A DNA stretch of 64,000 nt from an uncultured Cytophagia bacterium (GTDB taxonomy: Bacteria; Zhuqueibacterota; Zhuqueibacteria; Residuimicrobiales; Residuimicrobiaceae), in assembly GCA_964541895.1 (NCBI GenBank), contig CAZISM010000002.1, positions 74,408 to 138,407 on the forward strand. The letters are read 5' to 3'. The notes beneath the pieces are model-generated. The model did no database searches and was not told where the DNA came from. It was given only the letters and a program-made list of their open reading frames with translations. Below are positions 48,561-56,341 of the stretch, piece by piece. The position numbers and the translations under genes were made by a program. Position 1 is the stretch's first letter. Each line of letters opens with the position of its first letter.

Positions 48561-49259
48561 ATGAAAACGAAATGTGTGGTGCTGCTGATGGGTGCAGTGC
48601 TGTTTTCCGGGCAAACGCTCTATAGCCAGGTACAAGCCGTTGAAAAGGCCAGGGATAAAAAAGCCATCGTCTCTGACAAAGCTTCGCTTCGGGATGATCG
48701 TCACGATCTGAACCGGCTTTCCGATCTGGTCATGAAATGGGACGGGCTGCGCACGTCAGCCCCCAATTCCGAGGCGCTCAAAACGGTGGAACAGGAAATC
48801 TATGCTGAATTGCGGCGCGATGTCCGGGAGGCCAAAGCAGAAGTGAAGCAGGCGCAACGGGAGGTGAAACAATCGACGCGGGAGGTCGGCGCCTCGCACG
48901 CTGAAAAGGCCCGGGAACGGCTTGACCGCGACGGCGACCGCCGCGCGCTGCGGGATGATAAAAAGGATCTGCGCGATGACCGCCGCGACCGGCGGGATGA
49001 TGTGCGCGATGAAAAAAAGGCGGAAGAGTTGCTGGCGAAAAAACGGGAACTTGCCAGTCGGCTGATCGATTTGCAGAAAAAGATCGATGCGGCAGGTCCG
49101 CGCGTGGACAAGCTGATGCGGGAGAAACAGTCGGATGTGCTGGAAGAGTATCTGCTGATATCCCGGGAAGAGGTCAAGCTGGGCCTGCGCGAGATCAAAG
49201 AGGACAAACGGGAATTGCGCGAAGACAGGCGGGAGACCAGAGAAGATCGCAGAAAGTAA
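48561..49259 (+). CDS. exported, highly charged (R/D/E/K-rich) coiled-coil repeat protein of unknown function
   Basis: 232 aa. Strong RBS GGGAGG. Signal peptide MKTKCVVLLMGAVLFSGQTLYSQ. Then degenerate charged repeats (LRDDRHDL, LRDDKKDLRDDRRDRRDDVRDEKK, KEDKRELREDRRETREDRRK). Confidence 0.5.
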   Translation: MKTKCVVLLMGAVLFSGQTLYSQVQAVEKARDKKAIVSDKASLRDDRHDLNRLSDLVMKWDGLRTSAPNSEALKTVEQEIYAELRRDVREAKAEVKQAQREVKQSTREVGASHAEKARERLDRDGDRRALRDDKKDLRDDRRDRRDDVRDEKKAEELLAKKRELASRLIDLQKKIDAAGPRVDKLMREKQSDVLEEYLLISREEVKLGLREIKEDKRELREDRRETREDRRK

Positions 49260-49630
49260 GCCTGCGGCAGATTAGCCGGCACGGCGAAAAATCGCTGCGC
49301 CCGCATCGTTTGCTGTGTACTCATGATCGATAAGGTAATAAGGTTTGCAACTTTTCTTGGTGGCTGCTATTAAGGTCTAAACATTGCTCAGCCGCGGTAA
49401 TTTTCGATGCCGGCGATAGATCGGTCTTTACAAAACAAACAGATGTTTTTTACCTTGGTAGCAGCAACGACCAACAGGAAAGACCTTATTGCCTTATTTT
49501 TTGCGAAACCGCTATCGGACGTGGTATACCGGGCAGCAGGACAGGTCTGAACTCCAAGGGTGAGAGAGTTGTACGGCACTGACAAAAATGATAAACCGCG
49601 ATTCTATCTGTGTACTCTGCGCTGTCTGCG

Positions 49631-49660
49631 GATAAAAAAACGGACGCTGGCAAGCGTCCG
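49631..49660 (-). terminator. intrinsic terminator closing the minus-strand cooS...rhodanese gene string
   Basis: Minus-strand reading: ggacgct-tgcc-agcgtcc (7-bp GC-rich stem, 4-nt loop) followed directly by TTTTTTTAT. It lies 10-40 nt downstream of the rhodanese-like stop (49670). Confidence 0.65.
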
Positions 49661-49669
49661 ATCCTGATC

Positions 49670-50335
49670 TCAACACCCTTCTTTTTTCTTCTTTCCCGTC
49701 GGCTTGCCGCCAGCCGACGAGCCGCCGCCGGGCAGCGCCAATTTGGGCATGGCCACTTGCGCTTGTTGTACCGCCTCGCCAGGACCACTCTGGGGCGAGC
49801 CGCCAAAATATTTGCTTACCTGTTTGCTTTTTTCGAATGCCTTTTGTTGTTCGGCTGAAGCGTTTTCGGCTATCCTGGGGAACAGAATTTTATCCTTCCA
49901 TTCCTCCAAACCCCCAAACAGGATATACACCGACTTGTAATCCTTGGCTTTGAGCAGGAACCAGGCCTGGGCGGCATGAATACCGCCTTCGGAGTAGATG
50001 ACGATTTTTTCGTTTCTCTGCAAGCCGGCGTTCAGCAGATTGGAAAGCACAATGTTTTCCGCCGTGGGGATATTGTACTCAGTGTATTCTTTTTCCGTGC
50101 GCAAATCGATCAGACGATAATCCGCTTTGTTCTGGATGATCCAGTCGGCCAGCTCTTCCACGGTCACATGATCGACTTTGCTGTCGACGATCATGGCCAG
50201 CTCCTGGGCGTCGATGGAGGTTCTGGCGCTGGAATAGGGATTGCCGGAGAACAGGGCCAGGACCGCCAGGATTAACAGAACGGCTGCGAGCTTTTGATTC
50301 AGGCTCAGATTCTTGATGCTATCCGTCAGCTTCAT
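49670..50335 (-). CDS. rhodanese-homology-domain protein, exported/membrane-anchored, catalytic Cys replaced by Ser, C-terminal -EGC
   Basis: 221 aa. N-terminal hydrophobic anchor LAAVLLILAVLALF. Rhodanese fold (YRLIDLRTEKEY...IPTAENIV...EKIVIYSEGGIHAAQAW...GGLEEWKD), but the active-site position (normally ...YC[RK]xGxR) reads YSEGGIH. Gly/Lys-rich tail ending KKKKEGC. Confidence 0.65.
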   Translation of the reverse strand: MKLTDSIKNLSLNQKLAAVLLILAVLALFSGNPYSSARTSIDAQELAMIVDSKVDHVTVEELADWIIQNKADYRLIDLRTEKEYTEYNIPTAENIVLSNLLNAGLQRNEKIVIYSEGGIHAAQAWFLLKAKDYKSVYILFGGLEEWKDKILFPRIAENASAEQQKAFEKSKQVSKYFGGSPQSGPGEAVQQAQVAMPKLALPGGGSSAGGKPTGKKKKEGC

Positions 50336-50943
50336 TGTTCCTCCGCCGATTTTTTCTCCGCCATTTTCTTTTCACCCCATTCGGCAGCGGCAAACGCCGC
50401 CAGGGCCATGATCGATACCAGAAAGACGATGAAACCGTAGGGCAGATTCAGCAATTGCGGCAATGTCACTTTGCCCAGCGAGGAAGATTCATAGAACGCT
50501 TCCACCAGGGGAAAGACTTCGCCGAAGGCAAGGATGCCGGCGACGATGCCGAGGAGGTAGACCCAGCCGTCATAGCGTCCGGTCGCCGCCGAAACGCAGG
50601 AGGTGCCCGGACAATAGCCGCCGATGACAAATCCCACGCCCAGCAACAGCCCGCCGACGATCTGGGGCCACAGGTAGGTCGGATTGATATAAACCAGCGA
50701 CAAATCGACAAAGCCGATGACGGAGAGATAATAGAGGCCGACCATGGCGGTGACGATGGCGGTGAACATTACTTTCAGCACGGCCATGTCGGTGAAATAA
50801 AACTGCGCCGCCAGTTTCCGGGCGCTGCCGAATCCGGCCCGTTCCAGAAAAAAACCGAAACCGATGCCGATCAGCACGGCGACGATGAGACTGACTTCAT
50901 CGTTAAAATAGCCGAATTTAAAATAGGGTGCGTTCATTGCCAT
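50332..50943 (-). CDS. YeeE/YedE family sulfur-compound transporter component (second half of a split pair)
   Basis: 203 aa, multi-TM. Hallmark GGYCPGTS motif. 4-nt overlap with the rhodanese-like gene, 10-nt overlap with the partner gene. Confidence 0.8.
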   Translation of the reverse strand: MAMNAPYFKFGYFNDEVSLIVAVLIGIGFGFFLERAGFGSARKLAAQFYFTDMAVLKVMFTAIVTAMVGLYYLSVIGFVDLSLVYINPTYLWPQIVGGLLLGVGFVIGGYCPGTSCVSAATGRYDGWVYLLGIVAGILAFGEVFPLVEAFYESSSLGKVTLPQLLNLPYGFIVFLVSIMALAAFAAAEWGEKKMAEKKSAEEQ

Positions 50944-51482
50944 TGTCTCCTTACCAGATATGCAAACGCATAACCGCCCGCAAACACGGACATCATAAAA
51001 GCCCAGCTGCCGAAATTAAGCAGCGCGCCGCCGGTGAGCGCCTGGCCGCTGGTGCAGCCCCGCGCCAGCTTGGCACCCACCGCCATGATCATGCCGCCGA
51101 GGAAGGCAAACATCAGCCGTTTGCCGCTGCTGATGCGCGGCCCTTTTTCGATCATTCCTTTGCTGCGATGCGCCAGTTTGCCGGAAATAAATCCGCCGAT
51201 GAACACGCCGAGCACTTCAAAAACCAGCCAATCCTTGAGCGGGTTGGTGGTGCCGTCACCGAGATATTCAGCGTAAAAGCTGTTCGAGTGGGCGTGTTCG
51301 GGGTTGGCCTTCTGCACACTATAAGCGACCATGGACGAGAAGGCCCCGGACGCTCCCAAACCTCTGCCCATGATGACAAAGGCGAGCAGGAGCACCAGCC
51401 CCAGCCCGATGCCGGCCAGATACGGATTCCAGTATGGTTGCGGAGCTTTGCCGGCCTCCGCAACATGTTGAGGTGAACTCAT
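50934..51482 (-). CDS. YeeE/YedE family sulfur-compound transporter component (first half of a split pair)
   Basis: 182 aa, multi-TM. Hallmark LARGCTSGQ motif. Confidence 0.8.
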   Translation of the reverse strand: MSSPQHVAEAGKAPQPYWNPYLAGIGLGLVLLLAFVIMGRGLGASGAFSSMVAYSVQKANPEHAHSNSFYAEYLGDGTTNPLKDWLVFEVLGVFIGGFISGKLAHRSKGMIEKGPRISSGKRLMFAFLGGMIMAVGAKLARGCTSGQALTGGALLNFGSWAFMMSVFAGGYAFAYLVRRQWQ

Positions 51483-51505
51483 AGTAATTCTCCCTTGGCA
51501 GGTTT

Positions 51506-52456
51506 CTATTTAACAAAGTGAGCGTTCACATAGTGACTGTATTGCCCGGCGCCAACGATGACAAAGCGCAGGATCAAGCCGCCGAGGATCACCAGCAGCG
51601 GCGCCACCGGCGTGTGTTTGACCAGGTGCCGGACGGACAGGGATTGGATGAGCAGGGGCACCAGAATGCCCATGAGGACGACAAAGACCCAGAACACGGC
51701 CGCATACGGCCCGTTCAACAAAAGTTTGGCGGATTGTATCTGCACTTCGGTGGAGCTGAGCAGGCCGATAAAAAACAGGGCAATGATCACCAGCTCGATG
51801 GAGAGAAACAGGTTGTCCGCTCTCGCCAGCATCTCGCTCTCCTTCCGGTCGCTGGCGATCATGTGCACCAGCGCAGAGGCGGTGGACAGTCCGGACACCA
51901 GAAAGAGAAGGCCCAGAATGGCGCTGTTCCATAAGGGGCGGGCGCCCAGAGCGCTGAGCAGAATGCCGGTGTAAATGCCGAGCATGATGCCGAGCACAAT
52001 GTTGGTCCAGCCGATGAGCGGTCGGATACCTCGCAGCGTGGAGAATTTTTCCGACCAGCTTTTCAGGACCGGCAACGGCGTTGCCAGCCATACCGGCACG
52101 TGCAGCATGAAATTGGCGGCAAGGGCAGGATACACCAGCAGCAGGATCCAGGCCCCCCAGGACATGGGCGATTTGATTTCGAACGTCGTGTACAATCGCC
52201 AGACGTAGAGCTTGTGTTCCAGATCCAGGAACAGGGCCAGCATGCCGAGGCTGAGAAGCACCAGGCCGATCAGGGGAATGCGATAGCAGATGCATTGGTA
52301 ATCCGCATCGCGTCCCTTGAGGAAAAAATATCCGGATACGATCATCATGCCGGCCACCAGGCCGCCCAGAAAAAGATAGAGCGGGATCTCCCAGCCCCAG
52401 ACATGGACGACCGGATCGATCATCTCGTTATGACGGGTTGACGTGAGTTCTGTCAT
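51506..52456 (-). CDS. NrfD/PsrC-family integral membrane subunit of a molybdopterin oxidoreductase (polysulfide-reductase type)
   Basis: 316 aa, about 8 TM helices. Conserved N-terminal WGWEIPLYLFLGGLVAG block of the NrfD/PsrC family. Confidence 0.8.
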   Translation of the reverse strand: MTELTSTRHNEMIDPVVHVWGWEIPLYLFLGGLVAGMMIVSGYFFLKGRDADYQCICYRIPLIGLVLLSLGMLALFLDLEHKLYVWRLYTTFEIKSPMSWGAWILLLVYPALAANFMLHVPVWLATPLPVLKSWSEKFSTLRGIRPLIGWTNIVLGIMLGIYTGILLSALGARPLWNSAILGLLFLVSGLSTASALVHMIASDRKESEMLARADNLFLSIELVIIALFFIGLLSSTEVQIQSAKLLLNGPYAAVFWVFVVLMGILVPLLIQSLSVRHLVKHTPVAPLLVILGGLILRFVIVGAGQYSHYVNAHFVK

Positions 52457-52468
52457 CTTGGCCTCGTA

Positions 52469-53026
52469 TTAGATCAGGTAGAATATGTGCGGTTGCGTTC
52501 CGGCCTCGCCGATGAGCGCGTGATGGTTGCGTTCGGCGAGCAGCTTGCTCACGGTGCTGTTGGCGTCCTCCACATCGCCGAAATACATACAATGGGTGGG
52601 ACACACAGAGACGCAGGCCGGGTCCAATCCCTGTTCGACGCGGTGGATGCAAAAGGTGCACTTGTCGGCGTAGCCGCCCGGATGGATAAAACGGGCGTCG
52701 TAGGGACAGGAAGCCAGACAGGCCTTGCAGCCGATGCAAAGCTCATGATGCACCAGCACCACACCACCGCGCTCATGAATGTGACTGGCGCCGGTGGGAC
52801 AGCAGTAGACGCAGGGCGGGTTGTCGCACTGGTTACACCGTTCAGAGCGGATCTCCATGTGCACCTTGGGGAATTTGCCCTTTGCTTCCGTGGTGATCCA
52901 GTCGCGATTAAACCCTTCCGGCACGCGATTTTCGGTCTTGCAGGCGACGACGCAGTCCATGCAGCCGACGCATTTCAACGTATCTATTACCATTGCGTAT
53001 CGCGCCATATCACGCCTCCAGCTCAA
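52469..53026 (-). CDS. 4Fe-4S ferredoxin-type electron-transfer subunit (PsrB/PhsB/NrfC-like)
   Basis: 185 aa with four Cys clusters (CVGCMDCVVAC, CNQCDNPPCVYCCP, CIGCKACLASCP, CTFCIHR...CVSVCP). Confidence 0.85.
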   Translation of the reverse strand: MSWRRDMARYAMVIDTLKCVGCMDCVVACKTENRVPEGFNRDWITTEAKGKFPKVHMEIRSERCNQCDNPPCVYCCPTGASHIHERGGVVLVHHELCIGCKACLASCPYDARFIHPGGYADKCTFCIHRVEQGLDPACVSVCPTHCMYFGDVEDANSTVSKLLAERNHHALIGEAGTQPHIFYLI

Positions 53027-55205
53027 TCGTCACAAAATTGACATTCATCGCCGTGCCTCCCATAAGCGGATCGACCGTATAGTCCGTGATGAGCTGCGCG
53101 TCGCTCGCGCCCTTGTTGTAGGCGAACTTTAACATTTTCGCATTGTGACCAAAGCCGTGGATCATATACACACAATCGGTGCGAATGCGCTCGGTGGCCT
53201 TGACCTTTACTCTGTTGCTGACAACGCCGTCCTGGTTTTTCAGGCGGATGTGATCGCCGCTTTTCAGGCCGTAGCGGTTGGCGATGTCCTGATTGATCCA
53301 CACTTCGTTTTCGTCGACCATATCCATCAAGATCCGGTTCGATTGGGTGCGGCTGAAGGAATGGACCGGCGTCCGGCCGTACAACAGGCGAAAATATCCA
53401 GGTGGCGGCTGCGGCGGTTGCTTGTATTTGGGCACAGGATCGAATCCCGCTTCTGCCAGCTGCAGCGAGTAGAACTCGATCTTTCCGGAGGGCGTGGGAA
53501 AGAGGTCGGCGACGCCTTCGCTGAAATAGATCGGCTGTTTCTCGCCGAGGATGATGCCCTCCTGTTTCAATTGCTCATAGCTCAAGCCGGCGGCATCCAG
53601 CCGCTGCTTGAAATAGTCTTCGATCGTCTCCCAGGGAAAATAGTGACCGAGGCCGAGTTTGTCGGCCAGATTTTTGGCGATCCACCAGTTGGGCTTTTGA
53701 TCGTGAGGCGGTTTCACCGCCGGCTGTCGCAGGGCGACAAACGGCTCGCGGAACCATTCCACATTCAGATCGTCGTGTCGTTCCAGGTACACGGACTCGG
53801 GCAGGATCACGTCCGCCCAGCCGGCTATCTCTGCAGGTATGACATCAATCACCACCAGCAGATCGAGATTTTTGATGGCTTGAAGGGTCTCTTCTTCATT
53901 GGGCAGGGCGTGAATCAGATTGGTGGCATACACCATCCACCCTTTGATGGGATAGGGCTTGCCGGTGATCGTAGCCTCCCGGATACCGGTCGTGATGGTC
54001 TCGTGGGCAAAAGGATATTTTTTGTTTGGATTATCGACCTTGCCCCTGTTCGAATGCGGGTACTCGGGATAAGGATAGGCGGGGACATCCATGCTCACGG
54101 GATAGTAAAAGCCGCCTTTGACGCCCCAGTTGCCCATGAGCGCATTGAGCAGGGCGATGGCCCGCGATCTTTGGGTGTCGTCGCCGTACCAGGTGACGTG
54201 TCGACCGGGATGGATGAGCGTGGCCGGTTTGTACCTGGCCATTTCTCTGGCCGTGGCGCGGATCAATTCCGGCTCGATGCCGGTTTCCGGATAGGCCCAT
54301 TCCGGGGTGTAGGGGAGGATTTCGTTTCTGAAATTTTCAAAGCCAAAGCCGTACTTGTCGACGTATTCCCTGTTGTAGAGGTTTTCCGTGACCAGGACAT
54401 TCATCCACGCCAGCAGCAGGGCCAAATCGGCACCGGGTTTGATGGGCAGATAGTATTTGGCTTTGCCGGCGGCTACCGACAGGCGCGGATCCACGACGAT
54501 AAGGCTGGCTTTATTTTCAAGCGCATGACTGAACTCCTGCACCTGCGTGTTGTGCATGTTCTCCCCGAGGTGCGAGCCGATCAGCACCAGACATTGGGCG
54601 TTCCGGATGTCGGTTCGTTCCGGAGAGCTCACATCCTCGCCAAAGGTCAGCTTGAAACCCACGTCCCGCGGACCCCGGCATTGGGCGAAGGAGGGCGCTG
54701 AAATATTGGCAGAGCCATAGGCTTTGAAGGTGTGTTTAAGAAAGTTGCCGCCGATGCCGTGGCTAAAGAGCGCCATGGCTTCCGGGCCATGCTCAGCCTT
54801 GATTTTTATCATTTTATCGGCGATAAAAGTGAGGGCTTCTTCCCAGGAGACTGCGGTCCACTGCTCTTCGCCGCGCACAGATTTGCGCAGCAGCGGTGTT
54901 TTCAGGCGATCGGGATCGAAATGGGCGCCGACGCCGCCGGTACCGCGCGGACAGAGCCGGCCGCGGCTGAGCGGGTCGAGCGGATTGCCCTCCACTTTCC
55001 ACAAGGTGCCGTCCTGAACGTAGGCGATGGCGCCGCATTTCCAGAAGCAGATGTCACAAAACGTCGGAATTTTTTGCAGCCCTTTGGCCGGCTTTTCCGT
55101 GGTCGACGTCTCAGCCGCTGTTCCCAGAGATCCGCTTGCCGCGGCGGCTGCCGCCACCGAAACGCCACCAATTTTTAAGAACTTGCGCCTTGAAATGGTA
55201 TCCAT
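53010..55205 (-). CDS. molybdopterin (bis-MGD) oxidoreductase catalytic subunit with Tat signal, PsrA/PhsA (polysulfide/thiosulfate reductase)-type
   Basis: ORF 53010..55259. The internal ATG at 55203-55205 is preceded by GGTGGAG and starts MDTISRRKFLKIGGVSVAAAAAASG (twin-arginine). N-terminal FeS motif C-x2-C-x3-C...C (FCDICFWKCGAIAY...RGRLCPRGTG) as in PsrA/PhsA. Large MopB domains. 17-nt overlap with the FeS subunit gene. Confidence 0.8.
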   Translation of the reverse strand: MDTISRRKFLKIGGVSVAAAAAASGSLGTAAETSTTEKPAKGLQKIPTFCDICFWKCGAIAYVQDGTLWKVEGNPLDPLSRGRLCPRGTGGVGAHFDPDRLKTPLLRKSVRGEEQWTAVSWEEALTFIADKMIKIKAEHGPEAMALFSHGIGGNFLKHTFKAYGSANISAPSFAQCRGPRDVGFKLTFGEDVSSPERTDIRNAQCLVLIGSHLGENMHNTQVQEFSHALENKASLIVVDPRLSVAAGKAKYYLPIKPGADLALLLAWMNVLVTENLYNREYVDKYGFGFENFRNEILPYTPEWAYPETGIEPELIRATAREMARYKPATLIHPGRHVTWYGDDTQRSRAIALLNALMGNWGVKGGFYYPVSMDVPAYPYPEYPHSNRGKVDNPNKKYPFAHETITTGIREATITGKPYPIKGWMVYATNLIHALPNEEETLQAIKNLDLLVVIDVIPAEIAGWADVILPESVYLERHDDLNVEWFREPFVALRQPAVKPPHDQKPNWWIAKNLADKLGLGHYFPWETIEDYFKQRLDAAGLSYEQLKQEGIILGEKQPIYFSEGVADLFPTPSGKIEFYSLQLAEAGFDPVPKYKQPPQPPPGYFRLLYGRTPVHSFSRTQSNRILMDMVDENEVWINQDIANRYGLKSGDHIRLKNQDGVVSNRVKVKATERIRTDCVYMIHGFGHNAKMLKFAYNKGASDAQLITDYTVDPLMGGTAMNVNFVTIELEA

Positions 55206-55284
55206 GAATGCTCCACCATTGTGATACATCGCGAAAAGTCCATGTTTCCAAAAAGACACTAAAATTAATTATACCTGCACCCAT

Positions 55285-55998
55285 TCACAAGCGCAAAGTG
55301 CAAAAACCGTCGAGGCCTTCATCACATTGCTGGCCCAGTTTCTTATAGTCATCAGGACTGTTCATGTTAAAAAACAGTTCATCTTTATAGAACGGCAGAA
55401 GATGAGCTTCGAAAATCTCTGTTTCGACAGCTGCAAACAGGTTGCGGAAAGAGCGAAAGCCGTGTTGCGGCGGAGCGGCGAGAATCTTATCGATGGCGGG
55501 CAAGGCCCCTTTGTGATAACGCCCGGGCAACGGCTGCAAAAAACCGGCTGCGCGGCAGATGACGATGGATCTTTCGGAAGGCAAAGCGGCGATATGTGCC
55601 AGCATCTCCCTGCTCATGCGCGGCAGGTCGCAGGAGATGACCAGATTGGCATCGGTCCTGGAATGCAAGAGAGCGGCATGGAGGCCCGCCAGCGGACCTG
55701 CATCCTGGTACACGTCTGCCACCTTGGGCAGCTGCAGAAAAGCCATTTCCTCTACAGAGTTGGTGCTGAGAATGACTTTAGAGAATAGGGATGACATCAA
55801 ATCGACAATGATCTCGATGACCGTCTTGTCGCCGATTTTAAGAAGGGATTTGTTGGTGCCCATGCGGCTGTTTTTGCCGCCGCTGAGAACGATGCCAGTG
55901 ATGTCAGAGTGCACAGTTGATGACGGTGTGAATTGGGCTGGTGACCAGAGTCGGTTTCGATTCCACGCTGCCGAATCCTTTTTTATGGTTAGATGCAT
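55285..55998 (-). CDS. mobA: molybdenum cofactor guanylyltransferase
   Basis: The core aligns with E. coli MobA: ITGIVLSGGKNSRMG (cf. ITGVVLAGGKARRMG), AGPLAGL (cf. PGPLAGM), ISCDLPRMS (cf. CPCDTPYIP). The ORF has a 30-aa N-terminal extension, so the true start may be internal. Confidence 0.75.
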   Translation of the reverse strand: MHLTIKKDSAAWNRNRLWSPAQFTPSSTVHSDITGIVLSGGKNSRMGTNKSLLKIGDKTVIEIIVDLMSSLFSKVILSTNSVEEMAFLQLPKVADVYQDAGPLAGLHAALLHSRTDANLVISCDLPRMSREMLAHIAALPSERSIVICRAAGFLQPLPGRYHKGALPAIDKILAAPPQHGFRSFRNLFAAVETEIFEAHLLPFYKDELFFNMNSPDDYKKLGQQCDEGLDGFCTLRL

Positions 55999-56109
55999 GA
56001 CCGATCAAAAGGATGCAGAGGAGTGATCATGTATGGCCATGCTCTGAGCGGCGCCCGTTCAGAGTTCACGTTTAGCGGGCCGGGGCGGGGACGTATCCTG
56101 AAACGGGCT

Positions 56110-56337
56110 TTATTTTTTCACAATCCTGCCCACACACGTGTTCGCCGATTTGCACCAATCGGTACAGGACAAATTCAGACGCGGATTCAACACCTCTTTT
56201 TTGCACTGCGGACATGTACGCATGGGCTCGTCTTTCCAGAATTCGATTTCAGTCTGGCACCCAGGACAGGCGATGTCGTAAATATCTTCGGGCTTCCAAC
56301 TGCGCATATCCTGACCGGGACAACGGGGCTCGTTCAT
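56110..56337 (-). CDS. small Cys-rich zinc-ribbon protein (75 aa), unknown function
   Basis: MNEPRCPGQD...ACPGCQTEIEF...CPQCKKEV...CTDWCKSANTC. Three CxxC-type pairs. 4-nt gap to RACo upstream. Confidence 0.45.
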   Translation of the reverse strand: MNEPRCPGQDMRSWKPEDIYDIACPGCQTEIEFWKDEPMRTCPQCKKEVLNPRLNLSCTDWCKSANTCVGRIVKK

Positions 56338-56341
56338 CGGT

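Noticed and set aside
51510-52295. 261-aa minus-strand ORF in another frame of the NrfD gene
   Set aside because: Out-of-frame overlap with the hydrophobic NrfD/PsrC reading frame. Arg/Pro-rich nonsense composition.
53145-54701. 518-aa plus-strand ORF
   Set aside because: Antisense to the bis-MGD catalytic subunit. Gly/Arg/Val-rich. No motifs.
55999-56109. Possible Moco riboswitch upstream of mobA
   Set aside because: The 111-nt leader is GC-rich with short stems, but I cannot match the Moco-riboswitch consensus by eye. Needs a covariance-model (Rfam) scan.
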